Source: Octopus bimaculoides (lineage: Eukaryota). From it: DNA of 64,000 nt. Both the position numbers and the translations under genes were made by a program. The notes under the pieces are model-generated. The model saw only the letters and a program-made list of their open reading frames with translations, was not told the origin of the DNA and ran no database searches. This document shows positions 38,442-53,109 of the stretch, one piece after another (positions within the stretch are counted from its first letter, which is position 1; each line of letters starts with the position of its first letter). The stretch is from the NCBI RefSeq assembly GCF_001194135.2, contig NC_068988.1, positions 10,808,545 through 10,872,544 of the forward strand. The letters run 5' to 3'.

Positions 38442-39038
38442 CCGACTATGATATGGATTATTTATAATAACCATTACTAAATTTAAAAAAATTGCGTAGT
38501 TTATATGAGAAACTGTTTTTAAAATAACATAACAATATTACCGTAGAAATACTGAATTATCTAGAAGAAATTTAAACGTAAGGACTTCATAAAGACCTTT
38601 TGATAAATATTCGTTCGTTAGCATGTTAAAATATTTCAAAATTAAAATTCAGATTACTTACATACTTTTTTAGAGGGAAAATCTGATCGTGATGTTTATA
38701 TGCATTTATACTTACAGAAGAATAGAAGGGACATAATTGTAGAAAAGTAATTTACAAAGTATGTTTTTAATATGGTATATAATAAATATTACTAACGCAA
38801 GAATATTTTAAACCCAAACTCATTTTTTATAAATAAATCAATATTTTATTTTTATTTGCAAGGAAAATGATTCACTTCATACCAAACTGTTTATCATTCA
38901 ATGATTTGACAATATGATACTAGAAATATTAAGAATAAATTTTATTATAAAATTATTCAATATAAAATGATTTAAAAAAGAAAGCCTTTGTATATTTTGG
39001 GAAATGAATCCAAAGACACACAAGCTCATACATGCGCG

Positions 39039-39070
<32 letters not shown>

Positions 39071-39256
39071 TACTGCTATTCTGTAATGAACTCTCCATCA
39101 ATTAAGATCCAAATGAATATATGTCAATTTTGTCCTGAAGAGATTTTTGTATTTTAAATTCGCAATGTATAAGTTGATCATTTACTTAACATCCTAGAGG
39201 GATACGCACGCAAAATGGCTGGAGTACTACCATATTCATCGTTTCCTTCTTTTTTG

Positions 39257-39310
39257 CACTGGCCTTCTCTCCACAAAATTCCTGGCCTTGTGCCGAGAGT
39301 AGCAGAAAAT
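39257..39310 (+). mobile_element. SINE family A 3' tail fragment
   Basis: actggccttctctccacaaaattcctggccttgtgccgagagtag. Confidence 0.55.
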
Positions 39311-39516
39311 ATTATCTCTATTTTCTGTTTTCTTTAAATTTTGGTTCCTGATGAGCTCCTGTTTATCCTTTTCTTTCCCAATAATTTATGAGCATAACAT
39401 AGTTGTCCATATTTAGATATAGGTGATATACCGGTAGTATGATGGATACTTTATCCCTGAGGCGGTTATTTTAATCTCTAACGCAGCTAACCTAATAAAC
39501 ACACACATACACACGC

Positions 39517-39564
<48 letters not shown>

Positions 39565-39580
39565 ATATATATGTGTATAT

Positions 39581-39641
<61 letters not shown>

Positions 39642-40959
39642 TTCCCATCATAACCTAATAACTTCACACTCCAAACTCTGCAACAAAGTGAATATTATTC
39701 CTACGACTTGTCTGAAATGTTTTGATGTCAAAACAGGAGATAGATTAGCTCTTTTCCTCCCTCCTTGTAGTATTATATGAACTGTATGGAAAATATTTTC
39801 TGAATGCCGAACAGTATCACATGTCTACAACAAACGAACTGTTCACTAGTATTTCGACCCTGTGCCTCTATACGGAAAAGTAACCTCATTCTCTCTCTGC
39901 ACTAGATTTTATTATTTCTTCGAATCGCTTATAAAATGCCACTTTGGTAACAGTAAATATCGTGTCCTGTAGTTTTTTTTTTTTTTTGATTTTGTACAAA
40001 TCATTTCTTTATATTTCATAACGTTACTTTTGCCTCCGGGAATATCAATTTTATTTGCAAAGAATGGTTCATTAGTGGCAAAAGCAGCATACACATAACA
40101 AACACCCCTGCCAGTTCCACTGCTACTAACTCCTTCTCATTAATGTTGTGAAAGATATTTTCTGTCATTTTTCCCTTTCGCATTTTGCAACAGAAAAAAC
40201 AACGACTTCCGTGAAACATTAAATTTTTGAAACAGAATCCAAGTAAAAAATGAATTTAAACGATTCTGGCATGACAATTTGATAAAATAAAACGAAATAT
40301 AACTAAATTAAATATATGTGAAAGGGAATTTATTGCGTAATTTATATTATTTGTTTAATTGGTGTGAAACATTATGAAAATCTCAAATACGCACAGAATC
40401 GATAGTGAATTGTTAGAGTAAATTGCTGTATTAAAACCTAAATTAACAGTGTCAGATAAATGTCAGATTAACAATTTGATAAAATATGAGGAATTAAAAT
40501 ATTAACAGCTATACAATGATTACGAAAATGGTAATAATGAGTATGATAATTCTATATTTCGTCGGCAACGTGTCGAGCAAAGATTTGTTTCTCAAGCATT
40601 ATGTTGGTGGTTAAGTACCATGATGTCCTCTTGATAATCTTATTTTGGAACTTTTAACAGAATATTTCATTATTAATCTGATAGAAAGAAATTCGCCAAA
40701 CATTTTGGAACATTCAGACAATATCGAATGGCGTCTAATTCTATAAAATTGTCTGACTATTCAAATGCAACGGCTGCCATTTTGAAAAAAAAAACAACTG
40801 GCATCGTAGATATAAGTGAGGTCGTTTGAATACTAACGTTTAGAGGAAGGGACTTATCGATCTCTTGTGTACAGGACTTCGGCGATCAAGATTATTATAA
40901 AAAAGCGATCAAATGAATGTTGATGTGGAGAGAAGTTCACAATAATACCGGATTTGCTA

Positions 40960-41102
40960 CTACTGTTGAAGATGAGGATGACGCGTAGGAGGCGGAGGTG
41001 GAATTAGAAGAGGAAGGAGAAGTGGAAGAAGAACAACAAGAGCAACATAAACCACAAAAACAACAAATACAACAACAACAACAACTACTACTACTACTAA
41101 TA
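40960..41102 (+). repeat. Degenerate trinucleotide region (GAG/GAA/AAC/ACT)
   Basis: Directly visible low-complexity runs. Confidence 0.75.
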
Positions 41103-41330
41103 CAGGAGAAGGATATCGGCTTCATGCACGTCACCGCTATTTATTCATATCATCTGTAAACCGCGGACTAACAATTGCAATGCATCTGTACACTGAAATG
41201 GGACCCTAGTTTCGAAACGCTGTTGACTCTTGTCGAGTGTGTCGAGTAATATTAGCTGTTATACCAGGGGTATATATGAATTACAGGTTTAGTTCGTCTA
41301 CCCCTCTTTTATCATCGAGAGAGCAGAAGT

Positions 41331-41367
<37 letters not shown>

Positions 41368-41427
41368 CACATCTGCACATTCACTCTCTCACACAGACGT
41401 ACAAAAACGTATTCTTTTATTCGTTTA

Positions 41428-41633
41428 TACTTTCACTCGTTTCAGTCACTTTACTGCGGCCACGCTGGAGGACCACTTTCAGGGAATTACATCGCCCCAG
41501 GACTTATTCTTTGTAAGCCAAGTGTTTATTTATCGGTCTATTACCAAACTGCTAACTTGCGGAGATAGAAACACACAAACTTAGGTTGTCAAACGATGGT
41601 GGTATGGGGCAAACACAGACATTCAGTAGCACA

Positions 41634-41677
<44 letters not shown>

Positions 41678-41933
41678 NNNNNNNNNNNNNNNNNNNNNNN
41701 NNNNNNNNNNNNNNNNNNNNNNNNNNNNNNNNNNNNNNNNNNNNNNNNNNNNNNNNNNNNNNNNNNATATATATATATATACATATATATACGACGGGCT
41801 TCTTTCAGTTTCCGTCTGCCAAATCCCCTTTGGTCGGCCCGAGGCTATAGTCGAAGAAACTCGCTCAGAGTGTCATGCAGTGGTATTGAACCCGGAAACA
41901 TGTTGTTGGGAAGCACGTTTCTTACCACACAAC
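41428..41933 (-). mobile_element. SINE family B, near full length, spanning an N gap
   Basis: ggacttattctttgtaagcc and tacgacgggcttctttcagtttccgtctgccaaatc are shared with the 38043 copy. Confidence 0.85.
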
Positions 41934-42075
41934 AACATATAACTAATATACCGTACAAAAAAACGCGTGTATGTGTTGAAATGAAGAACACTTCGAAATT
42001 AGCTGACACCTGTAACTTTTGACGTTATTGAATTTTATCGGTCCTGTATATTGCTGAACTGGGGTGTTGTATTTC

Positions 42076-42620
42076 CGTGACTCGCAAAAAGTTCCCGGAC
42101 TATCTATATGTAATAAAAATAGTTTATTTATCTAAGTTTTAACATCTTCGAAATAGTCGCCTTGCGTAGCAATACAACGGTCCGAGCGTTCTTACCACTT
42201 TCGGAATCCGGCCTGGAAGTCATGTTCCGTAACCGAGTCGGGAACCTTCTGCGATTCGCTCATGGTCTCGACGAAGGTGTTAAAACGGCGACATTTGAGC
42301 TACATTTTCCCTTGGTGGAAAAGGTGAAAGTTTGCAGATAATAAATGTGGCAAATAGGGCAAGTACGGAAGTGATACCATTTTGTATTTTGGCGAGTAAG
42401 GAAAGTTTTGCGAGTGGCTGCATTGTCGTTATGGAGAATCCAATACTTCGCGCTCCACAAATCCGGTCGCTTTCACAGAGCTTCAAAACGTCGCTTCAAA
42501 CGCTTGAAAACGTTGGAGTAGAATTCTAAGTTGGCAGTTTGGCCCTGGGGGTCCGAATTCTCGATGACCAATAGTGCGGATGTAGAAAAAAATATGAACA
42601 TGTCCTTCATTGACCTGCGG
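42076..42620 (-). mobile_element. Mariner 3' half (transposase pseudogene plus terminal repeat)
   Basis: Minus strand: PQGQTANLEFYSNVFKRL...KRPDLWSAKYWILHNDNA...DFQAGFRKW*ERSDRCIATQGDYFED; terminus cgtgactcgcaaaaagttcccggact resembles a mariner TIR. Confidence 0.85.
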
Positions 42621-42849
42621 CTATAAGCATGCATCGACGTTGTATCGTTTTTGAATGCATAGTTTAAATGGTATTTTAGAGAAAAAAAAAACATGGTTTT
42701 GCACATCCTTTAGTGTATAACAAAAAATGTTTCGTATAAATGAAAATAATTTTAGTCACTCTTCTTAACATTATTAGTTGTCAGAATTAGAATAGGACAA
42801 GTACGGAAGACTCGGAAAGGAATCATTGAAATAATTTCCGCTAGATATT

Positions 42850-43035
42850 GCTTTCATAGTTTGGCACAAATCCAGCAATTTTAGTGTGGCGGATAAGTCG
42901 ATTACATAGACCTCAGTATTCAAGTGGTACTTGTTTTATGGATCCCGAAAGGATAAAAGAAAAAGTCAACTCCGACGGCATTTGAACTTAGGATGTATGC
43001 GGAAAGAAATTGTGTAAGCATTTTCCCAGCCTTGT
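42850..43035 (-). mobile_element. SINE family A, decayed
   Basis: ggcacaaatccagcaatttt...aagtcgattacatagacctcag...tggtacttgttttatggatcccgaaaggataaaag...gcatttgaactt. Confidence 0.75.
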
Positions 43036-43598
43036 AATTACTCGTAGATATTAGTAAATGCAGTTTGTATAATTAAGAATGTCTCACTGCGAAGACAGTA
43101 AAATGAAGTAAAACCACAATTTATAAAATGTTTTATTTACTATATCTTAGCTTAATAAATAAGTAGACAATCACAACATGTTGGATTTTTAAAACGTGGT
43201 AGTGAGATTACGTTGCTAAATTCTATATGGGAGGAAAAGAGATAGATGTGGTGCAATGAAGTTGAGGTTCGAAATATGTAATATCTTTATATGTTAGGTT
43301 GATATGAAATGTCTGCAATAAGTAACGAGGTCTGAAATAGAATATATTTTTCTATGACACAATTTGTTGCGTGGCATTATTTTATTTCATCGATTAGTTA
43401 AATGTATTCAAAGTTTCGATTATCGATATTTGTTATTTCGGGATCAATTTATACATTATGTTTGTAAACATTCCTTCATATACATATAATACTAATCCTG
43501 TAAATATATCATAGAATTTGCAGACTATGTGTATGAAAAATTATAAATGAACTTCAAAATAAATAATGCGTCACTGCATTTATGTATGCATTTCATCG

Positions 43599-43635
<37 letters not shown>

Positions 43636-44162
43636 GTTTCTAAACTTACGGTCAATTATGATATTAGAATTGAAAGCAAATGAATCTGTAAGCAAGAAGC
43701 TCAATGTGCAACAATTTTTGGAACACTATGTAAATTAGAGCACGCATTTTTGCTGAAGCGTGCAGATAACATAATTAAAATATATTCATAAACCACAAAT
43801 CATGTCAGAAATAGTAATTAATAAATTTTGTTTATATGTAAATGTAATATTTTATGTTAAATATATCTTTAAAATCATGAGTATAGTAATTGAAAATATT
43901 TCACTACAAAAGAACATTTACATGTGCAGAGATTAGAAAAAAGAACGAAACATATTTAGCAGTTGATATGTTGAAAATTATTTTACAGCTTTACACACAC
44001 ACATACAAATATACCACACCAGATATATTCATACCTACACGCCCACACACTCACAAATTCGCACACAAAAAATAGGATATATAAAATAAAAAATAAATAT
44101 GTATATGCACATATATATATGTATGTTCATATATGCGTGTGTGTGTATATATATATATATGC

Positions 44163-44165
<3 letters not shown>

Positions 44166-44250
<85 letters not shown>
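44166..44250. repeat. Uninterrupted (AT)n, about 85 bp
   Basis: Directly visible; the longest resolved AT run. Confidence 0.95.
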
Positions 44251-44254
<4 letters not shown>

Positions 44255-44756
44255 AAATTCGACTGTATCTGTGAACATATGTTTTTGAGTATGTATATAT
44301 AATATATGTTTATACAAAACTACATAGGCATCCGTCGTATATACGTAAATATTTGTTTTCTAGTATGTGCCTATAGACATGCACGATTGTGTGTATTAGT
44401 CGCTGAGCGTACGATTAAACGTACAGCATGAATGTGTTTGTGTGTGAGAGAGAGAGTGTGTGAGAGCTTTTTCTTTCAAAAACCTATACCACTTGTTGAG
44501 ATTTATTTCAAATGATTTATTTTTTAAGTATAAAATTCAGTTGCTTCTTCTTTGTTTTTGTATGTTTTTTAAAGATAAAATTCCTAATTCGTGCTCGTAT
44601 TCAACACTTGATTACTGCCGCCTAAAGTTATTTCATCACCTACTGAAAGAGTATAGTCAACAAGTATCTTACACGTTTATATTTTGATTTTGAAACCACG
44701 ATGTGTTTTTAATGAATAATCTCTCTTAATTTAACGTTTTTATCCCCGATATATAT

Positions 44757-44908
44757 AGGCGTAGGAATGGCTGTGTGGTAAGTAGCTTGCCTACCAAACA
44801 TATGGTTCCGGGTTCAGTCCCACTGCGTGGCACCTTGGGCAAATGTTTCTGCAATTGCCTCGGGCTGACCAAAGCCTTGTGAGTGGATTTCGTTGACGGA
44901 AACTGCAA
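44757..44908 (+). mobile_element. SINE family B 5' half
   Basis: gcgtaggaatggctgtgtggtaagtagcttgcctacc...ccgggttcagtcccactgcgtggcaccttgggcaaatg...gaccaaagccttgtgagtggattt. Confidence 0.9.
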
Positions 44909-46039
44909 TAACATAATGGGAGTTCTGGTAGCTTTAATCCTTTGCCTATAATTATAAATTTATTATTCTTGACATGTAATCGACATTTATCATCTTTGTC
45001 AATGGTATTATGTCAATGTTTTCTCGAATGACAACACTTCACATCACAAATGGGCTGATTATAATGCCAGATTTGGTAGATTGGTGATCACATTGTGCTC
45101 CAACATGGATGAATACAGGGTAAGCCACACCAAGCTTCGATTTCCCATATAAAATGCAACGTGCTGTAGATGCCCTAAAAGTAGCAAGACCATTTGGTTT
45201 GTTTCTCTTTAATATTAAAAAAAGACATATTAATCGCTGTAATTGAATGACTGCACCCCCTAAATTGCTGGCCACATGTCAAACATTTTATAACCAATAT
45301 ACTATGGTACATTCCTTATATAGGACGGTATTTCCATGATGTTTTATATCGTAGTGGCTTTTCCATATCGAAAGTATAGCGAACATTAAGAGTAATTCAG
45401 TTTTAGTTTAAGAATTTTATGTTAACATTGAAAAATAAGTTAAGGTAAATATATCTATACCCATTCATAGATATATTCAGCCACCCACTCACAAATACCC
45501 ACCCACCCACATACATACATGCACATACGCTCATATGTATATNNNNNNNNNNNNNNNNNNNNNNNNNNNNNNNNNNNNNNNNNNNNNNNNNNNNNNNNNN
45601 NNNNNNNNNNNNNNNNNNNNNNNNNNNNNNNNNNNNNNNNNNNATATATATATATATATATATATATAAAGATATATATATGCATACACATATTCACAAA
45701 TATTTATACTTAAATGCACGTATGTGTGGGCACGTGAAACTAAGGACATAGAGACAAATACAAGTTTTTGTTATTTTCTATTAATTGAGAATAATATAGA
45801 AGTTAATTACAGACCAATCTTTTTTCGTGAAAGGACTGTTGGAAATGTTGTATGTATTTATAATTTTCATTTGACTAATATAAGAAAACAAATTTCTTTA
45901 TACAAAACATTTAGGTGCTCTTAGCTATTTTTGGTACACAAATTTTGAATCTATATTGAAAATGTTTCTATGGCGTTTAGATTTTGAAAAATTAATTTCC
46001 AGTGTTTTTGTTCATACATAAAAAAAATCAATACACATT

Positions 46040-46260
46040 GTCTTTATGTGGAACGGTGGCATATCACCAAATTACATTTTAGAATGGCTTCAAATAAAAG
46101 TGACTCTGTACTTCCCCCAGACAAATTTTGTTCTATTATGAAACATTCAACAAACAGAACTACGGCTTCATTGCTGAAATCCAACAAAAGTTTTGTTTTC
46201 ATTTTGATATAGGAAACTGGGCGAAAACTCAACAGAACTTATATACTGTGCGCAGTGTAG
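46040..46260 (+). mobile_element. Tc1-like transposase N-terminal HTH remnant
   Basis: ETFNKQNYGFIAEIQQKFCFHFDIG resembles ETFFKNNDSFIATQRAFRRHFDIG-type N-termini of Tc1-like transposases (recall). Confidence 0.4.
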
Positions 46261-47675
46261 TATATGTCATTTGCAGCACCGATTCTTTATTGCAAAGCTC
46301 AAAATGTTTTTGCGTTTTGCTGTGCTGTACATAAATGATAACTGGTTGCACAAAAATAAATGGATGGGTACGTACCTTTGCTACTAATCGCATTTAAAGC
46401 GGCAATATATTTGTCAAGTCGAAACGAAGAGATGATTTGGAACTATGTCTACAAGATGATGACCTTGCTTCACTGATTTGATAGCATAAAGTAGTTCACA
46501 TTTTTGTTGAAGAATGTGAGTTGAAATTTATTACTGAGTGTAATACGTGTAGCAGTCGTAGTATTTAACATTTATTTGTTTTTTTATGATGTGCGGATAT
46601 TCATTTCCATACATATTTTCTATGCGTTTTCCCAATGCTCATATGAAATATGACTGAATTTTAAATTGAATACATCAGTATCCAGAACGTGTTTAAATAT
46701 AATTTAATTATTCATAATATTAAATATATCAAACAGCTATTTCATTATTATATATTCGTTGGCAATGGAATATATATTTATGTATAAAATATAGCGATTT
46801 ATTATCAGGGCACGAATCGGGAATGCCTATATTCCGATAATAAATACGAATTTATTTTCAAAGTTATTCTTTTAAAAAATCTCTCGTGGTGACATAATGA
46901 GTGAAAAGGTACAGGCCAAATGTTTAACTCATTACTCCGAGATTTTATTGTAAACTTCAGTTCTCATTAAAAAAAGTGATAAAAAGAATTACAATTTTTA
47001 TGCAATTCATATTTCATACTGAAAAGTTCTGCTTATTTATATCTAGTCTACAGTAAACCACTCAGGAATATCAATATCGATATTTTAGTTTAGTAGGTGA
47101 GTGTTAATTTGCTATGGAGTAGATGCATTAAAATATTGTGTGAGATATTTTCATAAAATAGTAATGTACGTCTATAGAATATTGTAATTAATTTATTGCT
47201 TACAGTAAATTCGCAAAAATAATCGGTTTGAATACGGCATGGAAACGGGAACCTCTTTATATGTAGAATGTTTAACTAAACACACATGTACGCTAACATA
47301 CAAACACACATAAACGCACGTGCACACTCACAAGCACACACTTCGATTTGAGACTGCTTTTACATTCAATTCTAGAAATATGTTTAATAGCAAATTGCAT
47401 ACACGGACAGCGATATAAGTGTGCAGACATATTTTTATATATTTATATAATTGTGTGTTCGTACATAAACTCATATACATACCTCCACAGTGAAGCACAA
47501 TTTTGTTGGTGCCCATACATGCATAAGTTTGGACACATACATACTCGCGAATGCAATTAGTTTAATAAAATATGATTCATTCCTCTTAGATTAATAAATA
47601 GTACATTACATTTACAGAAGTTCTGCATGTAATGCACGATGCTACATATTGGTACTCAACATTAATTATATATTT

Positions 47676-47897
47676 AAGCCGGCGAGCTAGCAGAATGGTA
47701 AGCACGCCTGGCAAAATGCCTAGCGGCATTTGTCTGTTTTTAGGTTCTAATTTCAGATTCCGCCGAGGTCAACATTGCCTTTCATCCTTTCGGGGTCGAT
47801 AAAATAAGTACCAGTTGAGCAGTGGGATAAATGTAATCGACTTGCATTCGCCCTCCCCCACCCGTAATTGCTGGCCATCTGCCAGTCTAGAAACCAA
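47676..47897 (+). mobile_element. SINE family A, full length
   Basis: ggcgagctagcagaatggtaagcacgcctggcaaaatgcctagcggc...ccgccgaggtcaacattgcctttcatcctttcggggtcgataaaataagtaccagtt. Confidence 0.9.
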
Positions 47898-49475
47898 AAT
47901 TAGAAGTGTTTATTAATTTAAGTTTGTAAATTTCATGTACCTAATGAAATTATATTAAATACCGACAACGGATTACCTACATGCGAATATTCTTCTCTTT
48001 CATGTTTAAGTCGTTCTAAGGTCAATATACTTAGACTTGACATTATTTAATTCTGAAAACCACACTGAAAATTAAGTAATCAAAGAACAGTGCAAAATCA
48101 GAATGCCACTTAGGTCAATGACATACGCATAGGGTACGAATTATTCATCGTAAATAGTCAAATTCATATTGGATACGATGCCTAATTGTATATAATAATG
48201 CCCGTCACAGATTTAAAAGCTGTATACAGTCACTATAAGCTCCTGAGAAAACTCAATGTTTATACAAACGTAAATGAAGATATTATGGAGGATTCCAACA
48301 CTTAAATATGTTGTATAAAAGCAACTTTATTTATGATATGATTCAGGAAATGTCAATGTATCCCATTACAAAGCATCGACTACCACGACAAAGCTTAGAT
48401 TTGCTGCAAACTGGGAAAGCCTAAATAAAAATTCCTTGTTGTTTATTGGAGTGTAAGTTGTTTTCTCACTCTAGTGCACTCGGAATACTAATGTCGATGA
48501 TATTCATCATAAAATTCTCAGCCTTCAGTCTACTACAGATACACGTAGGATATAAATTACGTCCGCTCTTTTGGGAATCTCATTTTTTTAACCGAATGTT
48601 CTATGGCGGAGACCTGAATGTTCCAATGAATTGTAAATTTCTGCAGGGTAATAAAGAATTTCTAACTCATCACCAACAGCGTTTATTGATTCTTACGAAT
48701 GAATATTTCATGGAGTTACATCCAAAAGCTGCCAGACGGTACAGTAGGCCAATTCATAGTTTTCGAACAAGCATCGGCGTGTGTTAGCCTATGCCTTTTC
48801 ACGATGAGAAATACTTTATTTATTATTCATCTGCAGTTGTAATACCTGTGTATGTGTGAACTGGACTTATGACACCATTCCTGCGGCAATAGATATCGTC
48901 TTTCTCCAGGACATGACAAAATGTTGGGCAAATGCCCAGATAGCTGATGTGCAAATAGATTAACTCTATGTACATGTCTTGGTTGAAAACATGGACAATT
49001 TAATATAAACATCGATTGCATCGATCGCCATTGTATTTATTTATTTGTTTCAGACCAAATGGAAAGAACTGTTGGAAGTTACTCGACATTACTACTACTG
49101 CTACTACTACTACTACTACTAGTAGTAGTAGTAGTAGTAGTAATAGTAGTACTTCTACTATTACCACTTCTACTAGCTATCCAATTTCATGCACGTTTTG
49201 AAGTACCCTGTCCAGAGGCACTACAGTTCCCCCCTGTGCCACTTTGCATTCACCGTAAATAATCAAATGGCATCCTAAAAACGTCACCGGGTTTTGAGAA
49301 TCATTTTTATATTACCTGTATTTTATATTTCTACATCATTGTACTTCCCTATAGATACATCCATTCATTTAAGCAATTTAATTTTTATACGACTCATGCA
49401 TTTCACATTATTCTCTCGTTTCATACAGTTATTAATTAATACACACCAATGTGACTTCCTTCCTTTTATTCTACG

Positions 49476-49898
49476 ATGGCGTGGCGGTACACTGCAAAGT
49501 TTGCTTCCCAACCACAGAGTCCCGGGTTCAGTTACATTGTGTGTCACCTCGAACAACTGTCTTCAGTTAATGACCCGAGCTGACCAATGCCTTGTGAGGA
49601 GATTTCTTACATGGTAACTATAACAACCCTGTCTTATTTATATATGAGTGTTTTTTTAAGTCAGACTGCGTGGTCGTATGTGTTTTTGTGCCTGTGTTTG
49701 TAGCCCCCACCACTACGATTGTACAACTGGGGTTGGTGTGTTTACGTCCACATACCATAGATGCTCGGTGAAGGGGAAGCTAGAATAAGTATCCGGCTTT
49801 AAAATAGCATTGGCGTCGATTCCTTCGACCAAAATTCTTCAAGGCGGTCCTGAAGCATGGCCTTAGTCTACTTACAGAAACTAGTAAAGGACTAAAAA
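49476..49898 (+). mobile_element. SINE family B, full length, old
   Basis: Collinear with the 38043 copy: gcttcccaaccacagagtcccgggttcagtt...gaccaatgccttgtgag...tagaataagta...aaggcggtcctgaagcatggcc. Confidence 0.75.
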
Positions 49899-50194
49899 CA
49901 TATGAGTGCGTATGTGTGTGCGTTTTGTTGTTGTTGTTGTTGTTTTTGTTGCCAGATCCTAATATGCACCATTCCATGTGTCCCTTCTGTGTGTATGATC
50001 CTATATGTATATCTAAATCCTGTTTATTATTATTTTTATAAATGATAACATTACTTCACACCCCAATAGAAATCGGTGTTGATTCAAATTTAAATCATGT
50101 AAAATACAAACACTTTCATTCGTGGTTCTAGTCAAAAATCAACCCTGTGGCAAAATTGCTAACAATTTCATTTATTATCCTTTTGACCTCTATT

Positions 50195-50392
50195 AAGGCG
50201 GTAAGCGAGCAGAGTCGTTAGCAAGCCGGACAAAATGCTTAGCGGCATTTAGTACGTCTTTACGTTCTGAGTTCAAATGCGCTTCATTATTTTGGGGCCG
50301 ATGAAATAAGTACCAGTCGTACACTGGGATTGATGAAATCGGATAGTCCCTTCTCCAAATTTCACGCCTTATGCCTTTAGTGGAAAGGGTTA
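50195..50392 (+). mobile_element. SINE family A with internal deletion and candidate 11-bp TSD
   Basis: aaggcggtaagcgagcagagtcgttagcaagccggacaaaatgcttagcggc...; flanks ttttgacctct (50181-50191) and ttttggcctct (50393-50403). Confidence 0.85.
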
Positions 50393-50899
50393 TTTTGGCC
50401 TCTTTCGTAATTTCTATCTTAGTCATGCGAGCCAACATTCGTTTTACATTAAAACATCAATGTGTCAATGTAGCAAACATGGGTAATTCGTAATCCAAAA
50501 AGTTCTTTATGGTCTGCTAAATAAACTCTGTTTCAACGTAAATGAACAGAAATAATAAAGAACCACGGTATAACCTAACACAGTCATATCACACTTATTA
50601 CTTTAAAGAATATTGGATTGAAAATTGGTTTTGTGTTTTAATATCCATAATCATAATGCCTTTTGATGTGGGTTATATTTTCTGATATCAGATAATAGAA
50701 TATAATTAAAGTTGTTCAGAAAGTTAAATTAATTTTTACACACATCTATTAGAATGTTTTAATAATGTTTTTAGTTTTTAATGTGTTATAATTAAAAATA
50801 TTTCTGCTTAAAATGTTATCGATAGATTTTAATAATGGATTTTAGAGAGAGAGAGAACTTATCTAATACAAATGTGAATAATTACAAGCCGTTTAAATC

Positions 50900-51038
50900 A
50901 ATTTTTGCCACAAGGCCAGCAATTAGATGGGAGGGAACACATCAATTACATCGACCCCAATGTATAATCAGTATTTATTTCATCGACCTCCAGAGAAGGA
51001 AAGCAATTTCTACCTCAGCGTGATTTCAGCTCATAAGT
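50900..51038 (-). mobile_element. SINE family A, decayed
   Basis: gccacaaggccagcaatt...aattacatcgacccca...ttcatcgacctcc. Confidence 0.7.
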
Positions 51039-53109
51039 AATTAATTATAACTCTCAAATCTAACAAAACTGCATCGAAGTATATTACACGTTAGTAGCAT
51101 GGACAAAACGTATCAGAGTTACATTAGCCCTACGCAAAAGGTGTGTAAGATGGCACAGAAATTCCTGATGCTTACATACCCGTGACCTCACTAGCCTAAC
51201 ACCAGTTTAGGAATGCTATAAAAATCATGTGTAGTGTCTTTCTACTTTTCTCATCATACTCATTAAAAATAATTAAAGTAATTTTTCTTCTTTAATTTAA
51301 TCAACTGTCATATAATTCATGGTTCACCTAAATCTTCATTTTGTTACCGAATAAGTGAAGCAACTATTCGTATATTCGTTTGTACGAGAATCAGCGGCAG
51401 TCAATAGTTTCGCGCTTTCCAGTTAATTATTCCCCACTGCTTACTTTCGGCTCTACGCTCACATTAGGTAACGGTTGTCCAGATTATTTCTCGTCCGTAA
51501 ATTACATTTCAATGTATAATATAATCACTATAGCCATTCTATTCAACAGTTGTATACTAACCACAGTGATACACATACAAATTTCAATTTCTCAACTAAT
51601 CAATGATTCAACAATCAATTATTCTGTCGATTTATAGGTGCTGCAACGGAAAATACATATTATCGACTTTTGAAACAAATTGAGTTAAACGTGACGTTTA
51701 GTTTAATGACATAGTGCAGTGATCAACTCTTCGAATGATATAGCAGCGCACTCAGTAACAAAAAAACAAAAACAACGCAAACTCTCTCAGAATTAACATT
51801 AATGGGCCTAGAAATTGTCAGAGGAAAGGATAACGTAATATATTTAATTTCAAATGAATTGCAGTTAATTTTAAAATCGAGTGTTCTCGATTACTTAATA
51901 TTTATGCTTTCTGCTGTTTGAAATTCCCATTCAAACTAATTTACTTCAATTTATTGGAAAAGTTTTCTTTTTTTCACCGCTCTACATAATTTATCTTAAA
52001 GAAAGCAACTAAGTAGGTGACATTTTTATATAGCTGAAATACACTTAATTCCAAATTATCTAACAGATGAAATGTATATTAACATAATATATAGATGCAT
52101 TAGTGATGTTCTTGATCGAAACTTTTCGGTGAATGAAAAGAATTCGCTCCGGCATTTGCAGCAGCTGGCCTGTGGGTAGGTCTTAATAATGTGTTAAGTA
52201 ACATTACTAACATTTTATACATTTACAAAGAGAATAATTCCGTAATGCTAGAGGTTTTGACTTCATTACAGTTTTTATGAAGTATATTTTTGTTTATTGT
52301 AAACACACTGGTGTTAACATTTATATTATTTATGACTACAACTTTTTAGCTAATATTTCTGCTAAATATTTTGTGGTTGAATATTTATTTGCATTTGGTC
52401 ATACGTTTATGTATGATTAGAGTGATTTTTCTGATTGCAATGAAGATTTGGTGATAAACATCATATTTGTAGCAGTTAAATCTCATGAGTTTTATTTTAT
52501 CAGGGAATTTGAATAATTGAATTAAATAAAGATTTATTAATTGTAATTGCCTAAATGCTGCGCGCACTATAAATCATTAAAAATGCTATCGATATTCTAG
52601 TCTTTTATTTAAGGGAATATGAAGTTAAATCTCCTACACAAACTTTGCTTCTATCGGTTAGTAATACATTTATGACAGTTTCAAGCTTCAACTATAACAA
52701 CAATAAGAGCTGATACTTTTCATTGTGAATGAATACAGCTACTTTCTCGGAAAATGAAATGTAACAGGAATATAATTAATATTAATAACGTATAGATAAA
52801 ATGTTAAACAGGAATAAGTTTATGTTCTGAGAATAATCCTTGAAGTCAATAGCAGGGTCTAAGCTTTATCGGGTTTGTGCTATTCTTTGTAGGATATTCC
52901 CTGAGTTAATTTGCAATGTTAGTGGAGTAAAATTGAAACTTATCAGATCATAAATAAGTTGGTTTAAATATACGTAGTATTTACATTTCAATATTTTAAG
53001 TCTAATTTTAAAATTTTCGTCCCACCAAAAGGCACCTATTTTCTATTTACTTGATGGTCATCTCATACTCAGGGAAGTACAATGAAAGCTGGCTAACTAA
53101 TGTTCTAAC

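Noticed and set aside
41185-41225. ctgaaatgggaccctagtttcgaaacg as another hammerhead
   Set aside because: It lacks the CTGANGA core and a pairing stem II in register.
48446-48787. 113-aa ORF and a faint Helitron PIF1-helicase resemblance (RNTNVDDIHHKILSL)
   Set aside because: The resemblance does not extend to the expected downstream motifs without many ad hoc frameshifts.
48836-48965. VWA-like PAAIDIVFLQD peptide after an acceptor-like site
   Set aside because: No DxSxS motif, an in-frame stop follows and there is no usable donor.
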